Below are positions 36,662 through 46,898 of a stretch of 64,000 nt of DNA, in pieces. The notes below the pieces were generated by a model. That model was given only the letters and a program-made list of their open reading frames with translations, was not told the DNA's origin and searched no databases. Numbering within the stretch: the first letter of the stretch is position 1; each line of letters starts with the position of its first letter. This stretch comes from a bacterium (GTDB lineage Bacteria; UBA8248): contig OZ242260.1 of NCBI GenBank assembly GCA_965207065.1, positions 1,632,001 to 1,696,000 on the forward strand, written 5' to 3'. The position numbers were made by a program, and so were the translations under genes.

Positions 36662-37642
36662 CTATTTCTTCATCGTCATGGCCTTGATGAGCTTCGTGTA
36701 GCCGTCGTAGTTCGGCTTTCTGGACTTCTCATAGTCCGCGCCGCTCACGAAAACCACGTTCTCGCCGATGCTGCGCATGAAACGCTTGAACGACTTGTTC
36801 TTCGTGAGCTTCTCGAATGCGCCGCGGAGCTTCTTCAGCCTGTCGGCGGGCGTCTTGGCAGGCGCCATGAAGATGCGGTCCATCGTGAAGCCCACGCCCT
36901 TGTAGCCGAGTTCCGTCGTGGTCGGGACTTCCTTGAAGTCCTTGTCCTTCGAGAGGCGCATATCGCCCGTGAGCGCGAGCACGGTGACCTTTCCGGACTT
37001 CTTGTGGGGGCGAAGCTGGGTCGGGAAGGCGATGCCCACGTCGTCCTGGCCCGAGAGGACGGCGCGCAATGCGGGGCCCCCGCCTTTATGCGGGATGAAG
37101 TTCACCTTGATGCCCGCCGAGCGGACGAACTGCATCGAGGGCACGTGGCCCGCGCCCCAAACGCCGCTGTGGCCCCAGTTGACCTTGCCGGGGTTTTTCT
37201 TGGCGTAGGCGACGAATTCCTTCATGTTCTTCCACGGCCGGTTCGCGAGCGAGAAGAACACCGGCTGCCCGTGGTTGATCTTGGCGACGGCCGAGAAATC
37301 GCGCAGCGTGTTGAAGGGCACCTTGCGGGTCTGCGGCACGAGCTGGTCGAAGCCGTTGTGGGTGAAGAGCAGGGTGTAGCCGTCCGGCTTGGCCTTGGCG
37401 ACGAAGCCTGTGCCCTTCATGCCCGCGCCGCCCGGCACGAGCTTCACGACCATGGGCTGGCCGAGAATGTCGGCGATGATGCTGGTGATGCCGCGTGCGT
37501 GGAGGTCGTGGCTGCCGCCCGCGCCCACAGGCAGGACGAGCGTGATGGGTCTGTCGGGATAGGCCGCCGTGCTCGCGGAGGGCAGACCCAGCGCGACGAA
37601 CAGGACCAGCGCGGCCGCGATGGCGAAGAAGCGTTTTTTCAT
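36662..37642 (-). CDS. tctC: Tripartite tricarboxylate transporter substrate-binding protein (Bug/TctC)
   Basis: Signal peptide; YPDRPITLVLP..AGGSHD, PGGAG, AKPDGYTLL, PHKGGG. Confidence 0.92.
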   Translation of the reverse strand: MKKRFFAIAAALVLFVALGLPSASTAAYPDRPITLVLPVGAGGSHDLHARGITSIIADILGQPMVVKLVPGGAGMKGTGFVAKAKPDGYTLLFTHNGFDQLVPQTRKVPFNTLRDFSAVAKINHGQPVFFSLANRPWKNMKEFVAYAKKNPGKVNWGHSGVWGAGHVPSMQFVRSAGIKVNFIPHKGGGPALRAVLSGQDDVGIAFPTQLRPHKKSGKVTVLALTGDMRLSKDKDFKEVPTTTELGYKGVGFTMDRIFMAPAKTPADRLKKLRGAFEKLTKNKSFKRFMRSIGENVVFVSGADYEKSRKPNYDGYTKLIKAMTMKK

Positions 37643-37668
37643 GATGATCTCCTTTGATGTATTTGCCT

Positions 37669-39174
37669 TCATGAGGCGGCGGACCCCTTGGTGCGCTGCC
37701 ACATCGGGCGAAGAATGAGAAATGCAATCCAGACCAGCGCCGCTATGAGAAATGCGGACGCTATCGGCCTTTGCAGGAACAGGTACGAAAACGGAGCCCC
37801 TTTCGCGTAGAGCATCGACTGGCTCAAACGATACTCTATCGGCTCGGCCAGCACAAAAGCGATGATGAGGGGCGCCAGGTCGAACTTGAATTTTCTGAGA
37901 ATATAGGCGCATACGCCGATGATGACCATCAGGATCACGTCGGTGTTCGCCCCGGTGGAGAGCGTGCCCACGAAGGCGAGCGCCACGATGACGGGGATGA
38001 GATACGCCTTTTTGAACTGAATGGCCCGGGCGAAGGGTTTCAGAAGAACGTAGCCCAGGAAGAAGAACAGCACGTTCGCCAGCACCATCGTGAGGATGAG
38101 CGCGTACATGAGCGCGCCTTGCTCCTGGAATATCTGGGGTCCCGGCCGCATGCCGTGCGCCACGAAAGCGCCCAGCAGGATGGCCGTCACGTTGTCTCCG
38201 GGAATGCCCAGCGTCAGCAGGGGAACCAGCGTGGGGCCGTTCACGGCGTTGTTCGCGGCCTCGGGCGCAGCTATCCCGTCGAGTTCGCCCTTGCCGAAGT
38301 TCTCCGGGTTTTTGGAGGCGCGCTTCGCTGCGCTGTAGCCGATGAATGCGGCGACGACCTGTCCCACGCCCGGCACCATGCCGATGCCCGTGCCGATGGC
38401 TGTCGAGCGCAGGATGGAGCGGATCGACGCCTTGAACTCGCGCCAGCGCAGCCGTTCTCCCGCCTTGGCGAGGTTCACGTGTTCGCTGATGAAGCGCACG
38501 GTGCGCGTTTCGACCGCCTCCAGTATCTCGGGCATCGCGAAGATGCCGATGGCCAGCGGGATGAGGGGAATGCCGCCGCTCAGCGCTTCCAGGCCGAACG
38601 TCATTCGCGTGGAGCCGGTGGTGGCGTCGGTGCCGATGAAGCCCAGCCCCATGCCGATGCAGGCGGCGATGGCTCCTTTTAAGCCTGAATCGCTCGAGAC
38701 GCTCGCGATGAGCACGAGCGAGAAAATGATGACGGCAAACACTTCCGGCGGGCCGATCAGGAGCGTGATGATGGCGATGGGGCCGATGAGCGCCAGGGTG
38801 AAGATGTCCGAGAGCGTATCGGCAATGGTGGAGGAGAACAGCGCCATCTCGAGCGCCTTTCGCCCCTCGCCCTTGCGCGTGAGTGCGGGGCCGTCGAACG
38901 TGGTGGCGATGGATGCGCCCGTTCCCGGAATGCCGACCAGAATCGCCGGAATGCTGCCCCCGTAAATACCGCCCTTGTAGATGCCGATCAGGAACGGGAT
39001 GCCGAGCATGGGTTCGAGCTTGAAGGAAATCGGAAGCAGAACCGACATGGCGAGGATGGTGGTGAGACCGGGCATCGCGCCCACGAACATGCCGATGGTC
39101 AGACCTGCGCATATGTAGAGATAGGTGTCCACGCGCATCAGGAGGGCGAAGGCTTGGAGGAAAGCGTCGAGCAA
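37669..39174 (-). CDS. tctA: Tripartite tricarboxylate transporter permease
   Basis: GAMPGL, GIYGGSIPAIL.GIPGT, PEAANNA, LTLGIPG. Confidence 0.95.
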   Translation of the reverse strand: MLDAFLQAFALLMRVDTYLYICAGLTIGMFVGAMPGLTTILAMSVLLPISFKLEPMLGIPFLIGIYKGGIYGGSIPAILVGIPGTGASIATTFDGPALTRKGEGRKALEMALFSSTIADTLSDIFTLALIGPIAIITLLIGPPEVFAVIIFSLVLIASVSSDSGLKGAIAACIGMGLGFIGTDATTGSTRMTFGLEALSGGIPLIPLAIGIFAMPEILEAVETRTVRFISEHVNLAKAGERLRWREFKASIRSILRSTAIGTGIGMVPGVGQVVAAFIGYSAAKRASKNPENFGKGELDGIAAPEAANNAVNGPTLVPLLTLGIPGDNVTAILLGAFVAHGMRPGPQIFQEQGALMYALILTMVLANVLFFFLGYVLLKPFARAIQFKKAYLIPVIVALAFVGTLSTGANTDVILMVIIGVCAYILRKFKFDLAPLIIAFVLAEPIEYRLSQSMLYAKGAPFSYLFLQRPIASAFLIAALVWIAFLILRPMWQRTKGSAAS

Positions 39175-39186
39175 GGCCGGGTCTCC

Positions 39187-39765
39187 CTATTTCCCGAGAA
39201 ATACGCCGGAGAGGAACTTCATGATCGCGTCCTCGACGACGGCGATGGCCTCGTAGTCGCTCCTCGGCAGCGAGATGAGCAGCAATCTCTCGAAGATGAA
39301 GCGCACGACGATGGGCATCAGAATGGAGACGGAGGCGACGATCCATATCTGCCGTATGCCCAGGTACCAGATGACCGCGCCGGCCATCAAGAGCGTCGAC
39401 AGGCCGTAGCCCAGCGCCGACACGAGAAGGGAATAAGCGGCGACGATGACGATCATCTTCGCCCCGCGAATGAAGCGCTCCGCCTCGTTCGTATCCGCGG
39501 CGGAGCGCACGTAACGCGCCCTTCGCCATGCGTCCAGCGTATAGAAGGCGCACAGGACGGCGAGAACGGCGAAGGCGAGTTCCGGGAAGAATATGGGTGA
39601 AAGGCGCAGAAAATCCTGCGCGGAGGTGATGCCGCCCGACGCGATCAAGTAGGGCATGAAAACGGCGAGCCCCGCCGCGAGGAGCGTCATCCCTCCGGCC
39701 AGATAGACTTCCAGGCGCAGCATGGTGGGGCTTGGCGCGCTGGTTGATTCTTCGTCCGAAGCCAT
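39187..39765 (-). CDS. tctB: Tripartite tricarboxylate transporter small subunit
   Basis: PIFFP, LGYGLST, FERLLLISLP; position before tctA. Confidence 0.8.
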   Translation of the reverse strand: MASDEESTSAPSPTMLRLEVYLAGGMTLLAAGLAVFMPYLIASGGITSAQDFLRLSPIFFPELAFAVLAVLCAFYTLDAWRRARYVRSAADTNEAERFIRGAKMIVIVAAYSLLVSALGYGLSTLLMAGAVIWYLGIRQIWIVASVSILMPIVVRFIFERLLLISLPRSDYEAIAVVEDAIMKFLSGVFLGK

Positions 39766-39955
39766 GGAGCGTCCTGTTGCATGGGGTCGTTTTTTCCCCG
39801 CCGACCCGGAGGCGCTTCTCATCGCCCGATGAAGTGGTGTCGTTCGATGGATTTGCGTATTATTCACCAGTTGGCTGGCAGTAGCAATCTTTCATCCCAT
39901 CCGTTCGCATATGCGCGCCACGTGCGCAACCCGAGGATTCAAGGAGAGAAGTTAC

Positions 39956-40339
39956 ATGAAAATCATCAATTCCATGAGCGTGGACAAGGACAAAGCCTAC
40001 GAGCCTCCCTATTCGATCATGTGGGGGGTGAACGACGAGACGACCGACACGAAGGTCATGACCATGCAGCGCACCATCATCCCCCCCGGTGGGAAGAACA
40101 AGATGCACACCCACACGTGCGACGCCGTGTTTTATGTGAACAAGGGGCCCATTTACGTCTATATGGGGGACCCGGAAAACCCCGAAAGAATCCTCGTCGA
40201 GTCGGGTCATTTCTGCTACGCGCCCGCGGGCGAGCCGCACGGGCAGGAGAACCCGAGCGAGACCGAGCCCGCCGAACTCATCGCCACCTACGGAAACTGC
40301 TCCCACCAGGACAAGGCGGGCACGACCTTCGTGCAGTAG
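39956..40339 (+). CDS. Cupin domain protein
   Basis: IPPGG..MHTH.CD, YAPAGEPHGQEN; AAGGAG RBS. Confidence 0.88.
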   Translation: MKIINSMSVDKDKAYEPPYSIMWGVNDETTDTKVMTMQRTIIPPGGKNKMHTHTCDAVFYVNKGPIYVYMGDPENPERILVESGHFCYAPAGEPHGQENPSETEPAELIATYGNCSHQDKAGTTFVQ

Positions 40340-40371
40340 CATCTCACCTATCTTATTGATGGAGTCATTCG

Positions 40372-41112
40372 ATGGATCGAGGAATCTGGGCGTCCTGGTA
40401 CGACCTGCCCGAAGACAAAAAAGAAGACTACTGCGCCTGGCTGCACGGGCGTCACCTGCCGGCCATGCTGAGGCGGGCGGGGTTTCTGTGGGCGGCGCAT
40501 TACGAGGTTGAAGGCGAAGGCGCGCAGATGAAGCAGGTGAAGAACACGGCGCTCACCTACGCCGCGCCAGGTGAGGTTCCCGGCGGTACGGGGTACGTCC
40601 TCCTCATCGGGGCGGTCTCTCCGCACGTGTTTTTCGACCCCGCGCTCGCCGACGTCGAAAAAGAATATGACGATGAGACGCGCGCCATGCTGGCCCTTCG
40701 CGAAGGTTATCGCGAATGCATCTTCAGCGAGGAGGCCCGCGTCGACGGCCCCGACGTCGCCGAGAGAGGTCCCGGCATCACGCCCGGCCCCGCGATCCAG
40801 ATGGGGCAGTTCCTCTCCCGGGACGCGGAGGCGGAGCACGACCTCGGCGCGTGGTACGCCCAGTATCGCCTGAAATTCATGGAGGGGATGCCCGGCTGCA
40901 TCGGCGCGCGGAAGCTGCTTTCCGCCGCCGGCTGGGCCAAGCATTCGATTTTTTACGAGTTCACCTCGCTCGAAGCGCGAGAGGAGGGTTTTCAGAAGCA
41001 CGAGAGCCTCTCGCTCGATGAGAGCGGGTGGTCGGGCCGGGTGGTGAGATCGCTCATCCACGCCCCCGGCAGCCCGAGCGTGGGCCGCCGCCTGTGGCCG
41101 CCTGTGAACTGA
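40372..41112 (+). CDS. DUF4286/EthD-like tandem barrel protein
   Basis: AWLHGRHLPAML..GFLWAAHY and AWYAQYRL..MPGCIGARKL repeats. Confidence 0.6.
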   Translation: MDRGIWASWYDLPEDKKEDYCAWLHGRHLPAMLRRAGFLWAAHYEVEGEGAQMKQVKNTALTYAAPGEVPGGTGYVLLIGAVSPHVFFDPALADVEKEYDDETRAMLALREGYRECIFSEEARVDGPDVAERGPGITPGPAIQMGQFLSRDAEAEHDLGAWYAQYRLKFMEGMPGCIGARKLLSAAGWAKHSIFYEFTSLEAREEGFQKHESLSLDESGWSGRVVRSLIHAPGSPSVGRRLWPPVN

Positions 41113-41143
41113 GCCTTGATACCCATACGGGAAGGAGAAATTG

Positions 41144-41830
41144 ATGGCGCAACTACCGATTCTGAGTGATGAAGAAGCCGGCCCCGAAGCCACCGTGGTG
41201 TTCGACGCGAGCCGCAAGATGTTCGGCCGCGTGGCGAACGCCATCCGCGTGAGTTCGGCCAGCCCGAAGATGCTTCAGCCGCTGTTCGGCTTTCTGATCT
41301 CGCTGTGCCGGGCCGAGATCACCGACGTGCTGGACGCGAAGACGAAGGCGCTCCTGATCTTGAAAACCTCGATGGAAAACGGGTGTAAGTACTGAACGGC
41401 CCACAACGTCACGTTCGGTCGAGCGTGCGGGTTGTCGGATGAGCAGATTGACGCCGTGAGGGACGACGCGTATCAGGAATCGGATCTGTTCACCGACGCC
41501 GAGAAGGCGGCCATCGCCTGGGCCTATCACCTGACGAAATACACCTTCGCCCAGAACCCCGAAGCGCTTGCGAACATGAAGAAGCACTACGATCACGCCC
41601 AGCTCGTCGAGGCGACCCTGGTGTCGGGCTATTTCAACATGTGGAACCGCTTCACCGACGCGCTCGAGACCGACATCGAAGGTCATGACCAGATGACCCT
41701 GTTCACCAAATCCGCCGTGATCGACAAACAGGACCTGGCCGATTTCATGAACGAGTGCTGGTGGGCGAAAGAGGGCGCATCTGATGAGCAGGAAGAAGCG
41801 CTCCCTGCGACTGCGAAATCAGGGGATTGA
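41144..41830 (+). CDS. AhpD/carboxymuconolactone decarboxylase family selenoprotein, CxxU (U84); 228 aa
   Basis: ORFs 41141-41395 and 41432-41830 are in one frame with only the TGA at 41393-95 between them: TSMENG-C-K-Y-U-TAHN..GLSDEQI..LFTDAEKAAIAWA..FNMWNRFTDAL; strong SECIS-like hairpin. Confidence 0.9.
41403..41435 (+). promoter_or_regulatory. Putative bacterial SECIS element
   Basis: Upper stem CACGTTC/GAGCGTG with GGTC apical loop (first G 22 nt after UGA); lower stem ACAAC/GTTGT. Confidence 0.8.
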
Positions 41831-41874
41831 TTTTTCTGGATTCATAAGAGGGGCGAAGCGGGATATCTCGGGGA

Positions 41875-42600
41875 TCAGACGCCCAGGAAGCGGGATTTGA
41901 TCTCCTCGTTCGCGGCGAGCTCATCGGGCGTTGAGGAGTGAACCACGCGGCCCCGGTTCAGCACGTGGACGTAATCGCACGAGGCGAGTGCGAACTTCAT
42001 GTTCTGCTCGACCAGCAGGATGGCGAGCTTGCTCTCTTTGAGTTTCGAGAGCGTCTCCCCCATCGCGCGGACCAAAAGGGGCGCGAGCCCCTCGGTGGGT
42101 TCATCGAGCAGGAGCATCTTGGGGTTCGTCATCAGCGAGCGGGCGAAGGCCAGCATCTGCTGCTCCCCGCCGCTCAACTGATTGCCCATGTTGCGCAGGC
42201 GCTCCTTCAAGCGCGGGAAGAGGGCTAGCACCCGGTCCAGATCCCAGAGTTCTTCGCCGCCGCTGGCCGCGCCTTCCTTCTCCCCGAGCAGGAGATTTTC
42301 CATCACGGTGAGGGATGGGAATATCCGCCGCCCCTGCGGCACGAGGGCCACGCCCAGGCTCACAATCTCGTGGGGTGGCAAGGCTGTGATGTCGGCGCCG
42401 TCGAACGTGACTTTCCCCGTACGCGGTTTCGTGAATCCGATGATGGAGCGGATGAGCGTGGTCTTGCCCATGCCGTTTCTACCCAGCACGGCCATCACTT
42501 GGCCCTCGGCGATTTCGAGGGAAAGGCCCTGGAGGACGTAGCTGTCTCCGTAATAGGTGTGGATGTCGTCCACCTTCAGCATCGGGCCGTTGTCAGTCAT
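41875..42600 (-). CDS. livF: LivF-like ABC ATP-binding protein
   Basis: GRNGMGKT, LSGGEQQM, LLDEPTEGLAP. Confidence 0.92.
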   Translation of the reverse strand: MTDNGPMLKVDDIHTYYGDSYVLQGLSLEIAEGQVMAVLGRNGMGKTTLIRSIIGFTKPRTGKVTFDGADITALPPHEIVSLGVALVPQGRRIFPSLTVMENLLLGEKEGAASGGEELWDLDRVLALFPRLKERLRNMGNQLSGGEQQMLAFARSLMTNPKMLLLDEPTEGLAPLLVRAMGETLSKLKESKLAILLVEQNMKFALASCDYVHVLNRGRVVHSSTPDELAANEEIKSRFLGV

Positions 42601-43369
42601 AGCCTAAGTAGATCTCCTGAACGGTCTGGTTCGCGCGGACTTCCTCTTTGGGGCCGTCGGCGATGACTTCCCCCTCGTGCATGACCATCAGCTTGTCCAC
42701 CAGTTCGAAGGCGACGTCCATGTCGTGTTCGATGATGAGCATCGTTATCTCCGGGTCGAGTTCCTTGAGCAGGGATACGACGTCGGCGGATTCGGCGGGC
42801 GAGAGCCCGGCCGTGGGTTCGTCCAGGAGCAGCACCTTCGGGTTCTCGACCAGGGCGAGGGCGATTTCGATTTGCCTCTGGTAGCCGTGGGAGAGGTCCT
42901 TCACGATGAGGTTTTGCATGTTCCACAGATTCAGTTTCCTCATCATCTCCTCGGCCTTGTCATATATATGCCGGTGGCTCTTGATGGTGCGGATCATCGA
43001 GAACTTGGTTCGCTCCAGGGCCTGCGCCGCCAGCAGGACGTTGTCCAGTACGGACAGGTTGGGGAACAGGTTGGTGATCTGGAAGGTCCTGGCCATGCCG
43101 AGGTGGGTCCGCTGGTGTGTCGGCAGCCGCGTGATGTCCTCTCCGTAGAGATAAACCCTCCCGTGCGTCGGGTCGAGTTCGCCCGCTATCATGTTGAAAA
43201 ACGTGGTTTTCCCCGCGCCGTTCGGGCCGATGATGCCCCGGCGTTCGCCGTTCTCCACGGCGAGGTCGACGTTGTTGACCGCGACGAGGCCGCCGAAGTG
43301 CTTGGCGAGTCCTTCCGCCTTCAGGCACGCGGCGGACCCGTTCGATCCCTGTTGGGCTTCCTGCTCCAA
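42593..43369 (-). CDS. livG: LivG-like ABC ATP-binding protein
   Basis: GPNGAGKTT, RTFQ, LLDEPTAG, IEHDM. Confidence 0.92.
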   Translation of the reverse strand: MEQEAQQGSNGSAACLKAEGLAKHFGGLVAVNNVDLAVENGERRGIIGPNGAGKTTFFNMIAGELDPTHGRVYLYGEDITRLPTHQRTHLGMARTFQITNLFPNLSVLDNVLLAAQALERTKFSMIRTIKSHRHIYDKAEEMMRKLNLWNMQNLIVKDLSHGYQRQIEIALALVENPKVLLLDEPTAGLSPAESADVVSLLKELDPEITMLIIEHDMDVAFELVDKLMVMHEGEVIADGPKEEVRANQTVQEIYLGYD

Positions 43370-43488
43370 GGCCGACCTCCTTAGCGTCGTTCAGTTTGCC
43401 TCGGTGGGGCTGAGTGGACCACCGCGCGCGGGTGCGGGAAAATTCCCCTCCGCGCGCGATGGTCCTTGTTCAGGCGCTTAACCGGCCC

Positions 43489-44745
43489 CTACTTCGCGCA
43501 ATTCTTGCACGGGGGATAATCCCTGGTGTAGGGCGGCTTCTTCATGAACTCATCCGGCTTGTAATTCCAGAACTGGCTCACGTTCGGGATGACCGCCAGG
43601 ACCTTGTTTATCTTCTTGCCGGTCTCATCCTTCATGACCATGCGGACGTACACGTTCATCTTGAACGTCCCGTGGCCGTCTGACGCTCTCGGCCCAGCCG
43701 GCATGCCGGATGCGACTTTCAGGTTCTTGAGCGCGGCGAAGAACTTGTCCTTGTCCTCCACGTTGCCGTTCACGGCTTCTACCGCCTTGTAGATAGACAC
43801 CAATCCGCCGTAATACCCCTCGGCGTAGTAGCCGGGGTCTTTCTTGGCGTGCTTCCTGAACGCCTTGACGAAGTCCTGGTTGTCCTTCGTCTGGATGTCG
43901 GCGCTGTAGATCAGGGCCGAAATCCAGCCGAGCACTTCATCCCCCTGTGCGTCGATGACGAATTCGTCCGTGTTCGTCCCGTTGCCCAGGATCACGTACT
44001 TGTTCGCCAGGCCGGCTTCCTTGAGCTGTTTCGGAAGCCGCAGACCCTGCGCCGCCGCCAGGGTCAGGAAGAGGGCGTCGGCGTCCTTCCTGAGCTTGCC
44101 GATGTAGGGGCCGTAGTCCACCGTGTTGATGGGCATGTACATCTTCTGGATCACCTTGCCGCCCATGTCCTCGAACACCTGCTGGAAGCCGCCCGTCGAC
44201 TCGTAGCCGAACGCGTAGTCGGGGCCGATGGTGATCACCTTCTTGATGTTCGGCATCGCCGTCCGCACCCAGTGGGCGAACGCGTGCATGGGCTGGCTGC
44301 AGGAGAAATACGTGATCGCGTATTTCTTGCGCTTCCGCTTGGAGATGTCGTCGGGGCACGACCAGATCAGAATCGGGGTCTTGTAGCGGTCGGCCAGCGG
44401 CGCAATCGCATAGCCGGTCGAACCGAAGAGACCGCCCATCGCGATGTGGACCTTGTCCCGCGTGAGCATCTTGCGCACCCGGGTCACGGCCAGGGCCACC
44501 TTGCTCTCGTTGTCCTCGATGAAGAATTTCACATCGCGGCCGGCCACCTTGTCCCCGAACTTCTCGCGGAACACCTTGAGAGCGTTCATCTGGTCCGAGC
44601 CGTGCTTGGCGAGAACCCCCTTCTTGGAGGTGAGCAGCCCGATTTTGATGGGCCCTTTCGCCGCGAGCGCAGGTCCTGTGGCGAGGAGCGCGGCGAGTGT
44701 AAAAGCGAGGGGAACGACGAGAAAAACGGTGAGTTTCCGAATCAT
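43489..44745 (-). CDS. Branched-chain-amino-acid-type ABC substrate-binding protein
   Basis: Signal peptide; PIKIG, DYAFGYE, DYGPYI; ends PPCKNCAK. Confidence 0.9.
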   Translation of the reverse strand: MIRKLTVFLVVPLAFTLAALLATGPALAAKGPIKIGLLTSKKGVLAKHGSDQMNALKVFREKFGDKVAGRDVKFFIEDNESKVALAVTRVRKMLTRDKVHIAMGGLFGSTGYAIAPLADRYKTPILIWSCPDDISKRKRKKYAITYFSCSQPMHAFAHWVRTAMPNIKKVITIGPDYAFGYESTGGFQQVFEDMGGKVIQKMYMPINTVDYGPYIGKLRKDADALFLTLAAAQGLRLPKQLKEAGLANKYVILGNGTNTDEFVIDAQGDEVLGWISALIYSADIQTKDNQDFVKAFRKHAKKDPGYYAEGYYGGLVSIYKAVEAVNGNVEDKDKFFAALKNLKVASGMPAGPRASDGHGTFKMNVYVRMVMKDETGKKINKVLAVIPNVSQFWNYKPDEFMKKPPYTRDYPPCKNCAK

Positions 44746-44788
44746 GGAAATTCCTCCTCTGATAGACGACGACCCTGAAGTGGGCCGA

Positions 44789-45742
44789 TCATTCGTTGTT
44801 CGCTTTTTGAGCCTTCGTTCTCAGTTGCTTGATGAAGCCCATGATGCCCTCGGGCGCGAAAAGAACCACCACGATGTAGATGCAGCCTACGACTGTCAGC
44901 GAGCGTTCGGTGAACATGTTCACGGAGTTGTCGAGAATGACGAATATGGTGGAGCCCAGGAGGGGCCCGGCCAGCGTTCCTGGCCCGCCCAGCGAGACCA
45001 TCAGCAGGGCGTTGAACGAGGTCACCAGTTCGACGTCGGTCGGAGCGACGTAGCTGTTGTAGAACACCCAGAGAAAACCGGCCAGGCCGCTGAATATGCC
45101 CGAGATCATGTAGATGATGAACTTGTGGAACCATACGTTGTAGCCCAGGGCCCGCATGCGCGATTCGCTCTCGCGGATCCCCACCATCGTCTTCCCGAAA
45201 CACGAGTGTACGAGAACGGAGAAGAACAGGAACACCCCCGCGGCCACGATGAGGGTGAAATAGTAGTAGGTGATCGTATCTTCCATGAATAAGGGGCGCT
45301 CGATGCCCGCGATGCCGTTTTCGCCGCCGGTCATCGAGTCCCACCGATAGGCGAGTCCCCAGATGATCATGGCCAGGGCGAACGTGATCATCAGGAAGTA
45401 CACGTCCGACGCCCGCAGCGCGACGAGCGCGCAGATGGCCGTTACCACCGCCGCGGCGATGATCGCGACGACGAACGCCTCGCCGAACGAAGCGCCGTAG
45501 GTCGACGACATGATGGCCGCCGCATAGGCGCCCGTGCCGAAATAGGCCGCGTGACCCAGTGAGGCCATACCGGTGTAGCCGAGCATCAAGTCGAGGCTCA
45601 GGGCGAGAATCCCCCATATCAGGCACTGGTTCAGGACGAGCACGGAGAACTCGTCCACGAACAGCGGCGATACGCATGCCAAAGCCAGAACGCAGGCAAT
45701 CGCGATCATCCTGCTCCGGCTGGTCAGGAGTTCGCCTATCAC
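44789..45742 (-). CDS. livM: LivM-like ABC permease
   Basis: GYTGMASLGHAAYFG, TGGENG, LGGPGTLAGP. Confidence 0.92.
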   Translation of the reverse strand: MIGELLTSRSRMIAIACVLALACVSPLFVDEFSVLVLNQCLIWGILALSLDLMLGYTGMASLGHAAYFGTGAYAAAIMSSTYGASFGEAFVVAIIAAAVVTAICALVALRASDVYFLMITFALAMIIWGLAYRWDSMTGGENGIAGIERPLFMEDTITYYYFTLIVAAGVFLFFSVLVHSCFGKTMVGIRESESRMRALGYNVWFHKFIIYMISGIFSGLAGFLWVFYNSYVAPTDVELVTSFNALLMVSLGGPGTLAGPLLGSTIFVILDNSVNMFTERSLTVVGCIYIVVVLFAPEGIMGFIKQLRTKAQKANNE

Positions 45743-46596
45743 ATCACTCTCCCGAACAGTCCGGATGGACGTATGGCGAGAATGACGGCCATCGGCAGGA
45801 ACAGGGTGAAATACGCGAATTCGGGAAAGAAGGTTTTGCCCAGATTGTCGATGATGCCGACGAGCAGGCTGGCGACGACCGCGCCTTTGAGGCTGCCCAT
45901 CCCGCCCACGATGATGGCGACGAAGGCGAAGGGGAGGATCTCGAAATCAAGCCCCGCCTGGATGCCGAGCCAGGGCGCCGCCAGAACGCCGCTCATGCCG
46001 GCCAGGAACGAACCGAGTCCGAAGACGAGGCTGAACACGACGGGCACGTTCACGCCCATCCCGCCCGCCATCTCCACGTCGTCGACGGCGGCTCTCACCG
46101 AGGAGCCGACTTTGGTCCTGCTCTCGAAGAACCACAGCGCCGTCGCCGTTACCGCGGCGAATACGATGAGGAACAACCTGTACATGGGGAAGGAGAATCC
46201 CCCGATCCGTCCCGTGCTGGCCAGGAACTTCGGCGCATCCATGCTGACCGGATCAGGCCCCCAGATGACGAGAATCGCGTCCTGCAAAACGAGAACGAAG
46301 CCCATGGTGATCAGCACCTGGCCCAGGTCGTTCCCCTGAAGGCGGCGCAAGAAGACGCGCTCGATCACGATGCCCATGATGGCGATCGCGATTCCGCCGA
46401 TCAGGATGGCGAGGAAAAAATTTCCCGTCATCTTGAGGGTCGTGAGTCCGAAGTACGCGCCCACGAGGAAGTAGGTCCCGTGCGTGACGTTAATGACCTT
46501 CATGACGCCGAATATCAGGGAGAGGCCCATCGCCAGCAGGAAGACGATAGCGCCGTAGGAGATGCCGTTGAATATCTGGGTGAGCCAGAAAGTCAT
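45739..46596 (-). CDS. livH: LivH-like ABC permease
   Basis: GLSLIFGVMKVINVTHG, IVGGMGSLKG. Confidence 0.92.
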   Translation of the reverse strand: MTFWLTQIFNGISYGAIVFLLAMGLSLIFGVMKVINVTHGTYFLVGAYFGLTTLKMTGNFFLAILIGGIAIAIMGIVIERVFLRRLQGNDLGQVLITMGFVLVLQDAILVIWGPDPVSMDAPKFLASTGRIGGFSFPMYRLFLIVFAAVTATALWFFESRTKVGSSVRAAVDDVEMAGGMGVNVPVVFSLVFGLGSFLAGMSGVLAAPWLGIQAGLDFEILPFAFVAIIVGGMGSLKGAVVASLLVGIIDNLGKTFFPEFAYFTLFLPMAVILAIRPSGLFGRVM

Positions 46597-46898
46597 TTGC
46601 ACGCCTCCTGCGTGTATGACCCGGCGCGATAATGGGAAGGTCTGCAACAGCAATCGTGCGTGTTGCACCCCTCCTTCCCGGTGAGGGGTATGGGATATGG
46701 TATGAAATGTATGCTCCGTACTATAGCATGGACGTGATAAAGTGAAAAGGTATCGTCTTTAACACTATTTTGCGAAAAATCAGGAATCGCTCGCCGGCCC
46801 GTGCGCATCGGGACGCGGGTCTTCTGATGAAGGTGATTTTTTGACGGGAGATTTTTCCGTACCCGGGATACAGGGTCGTCTCCCAGGAGGGACATACC

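Noticed and set aside
37643-39553. 963-aa ORF 36662-39553 as one protein
   Set aside because: The upstream part is an off-frame shadow of tctA/tctB; real TctC starts at 37642 with RBS and signal peptide
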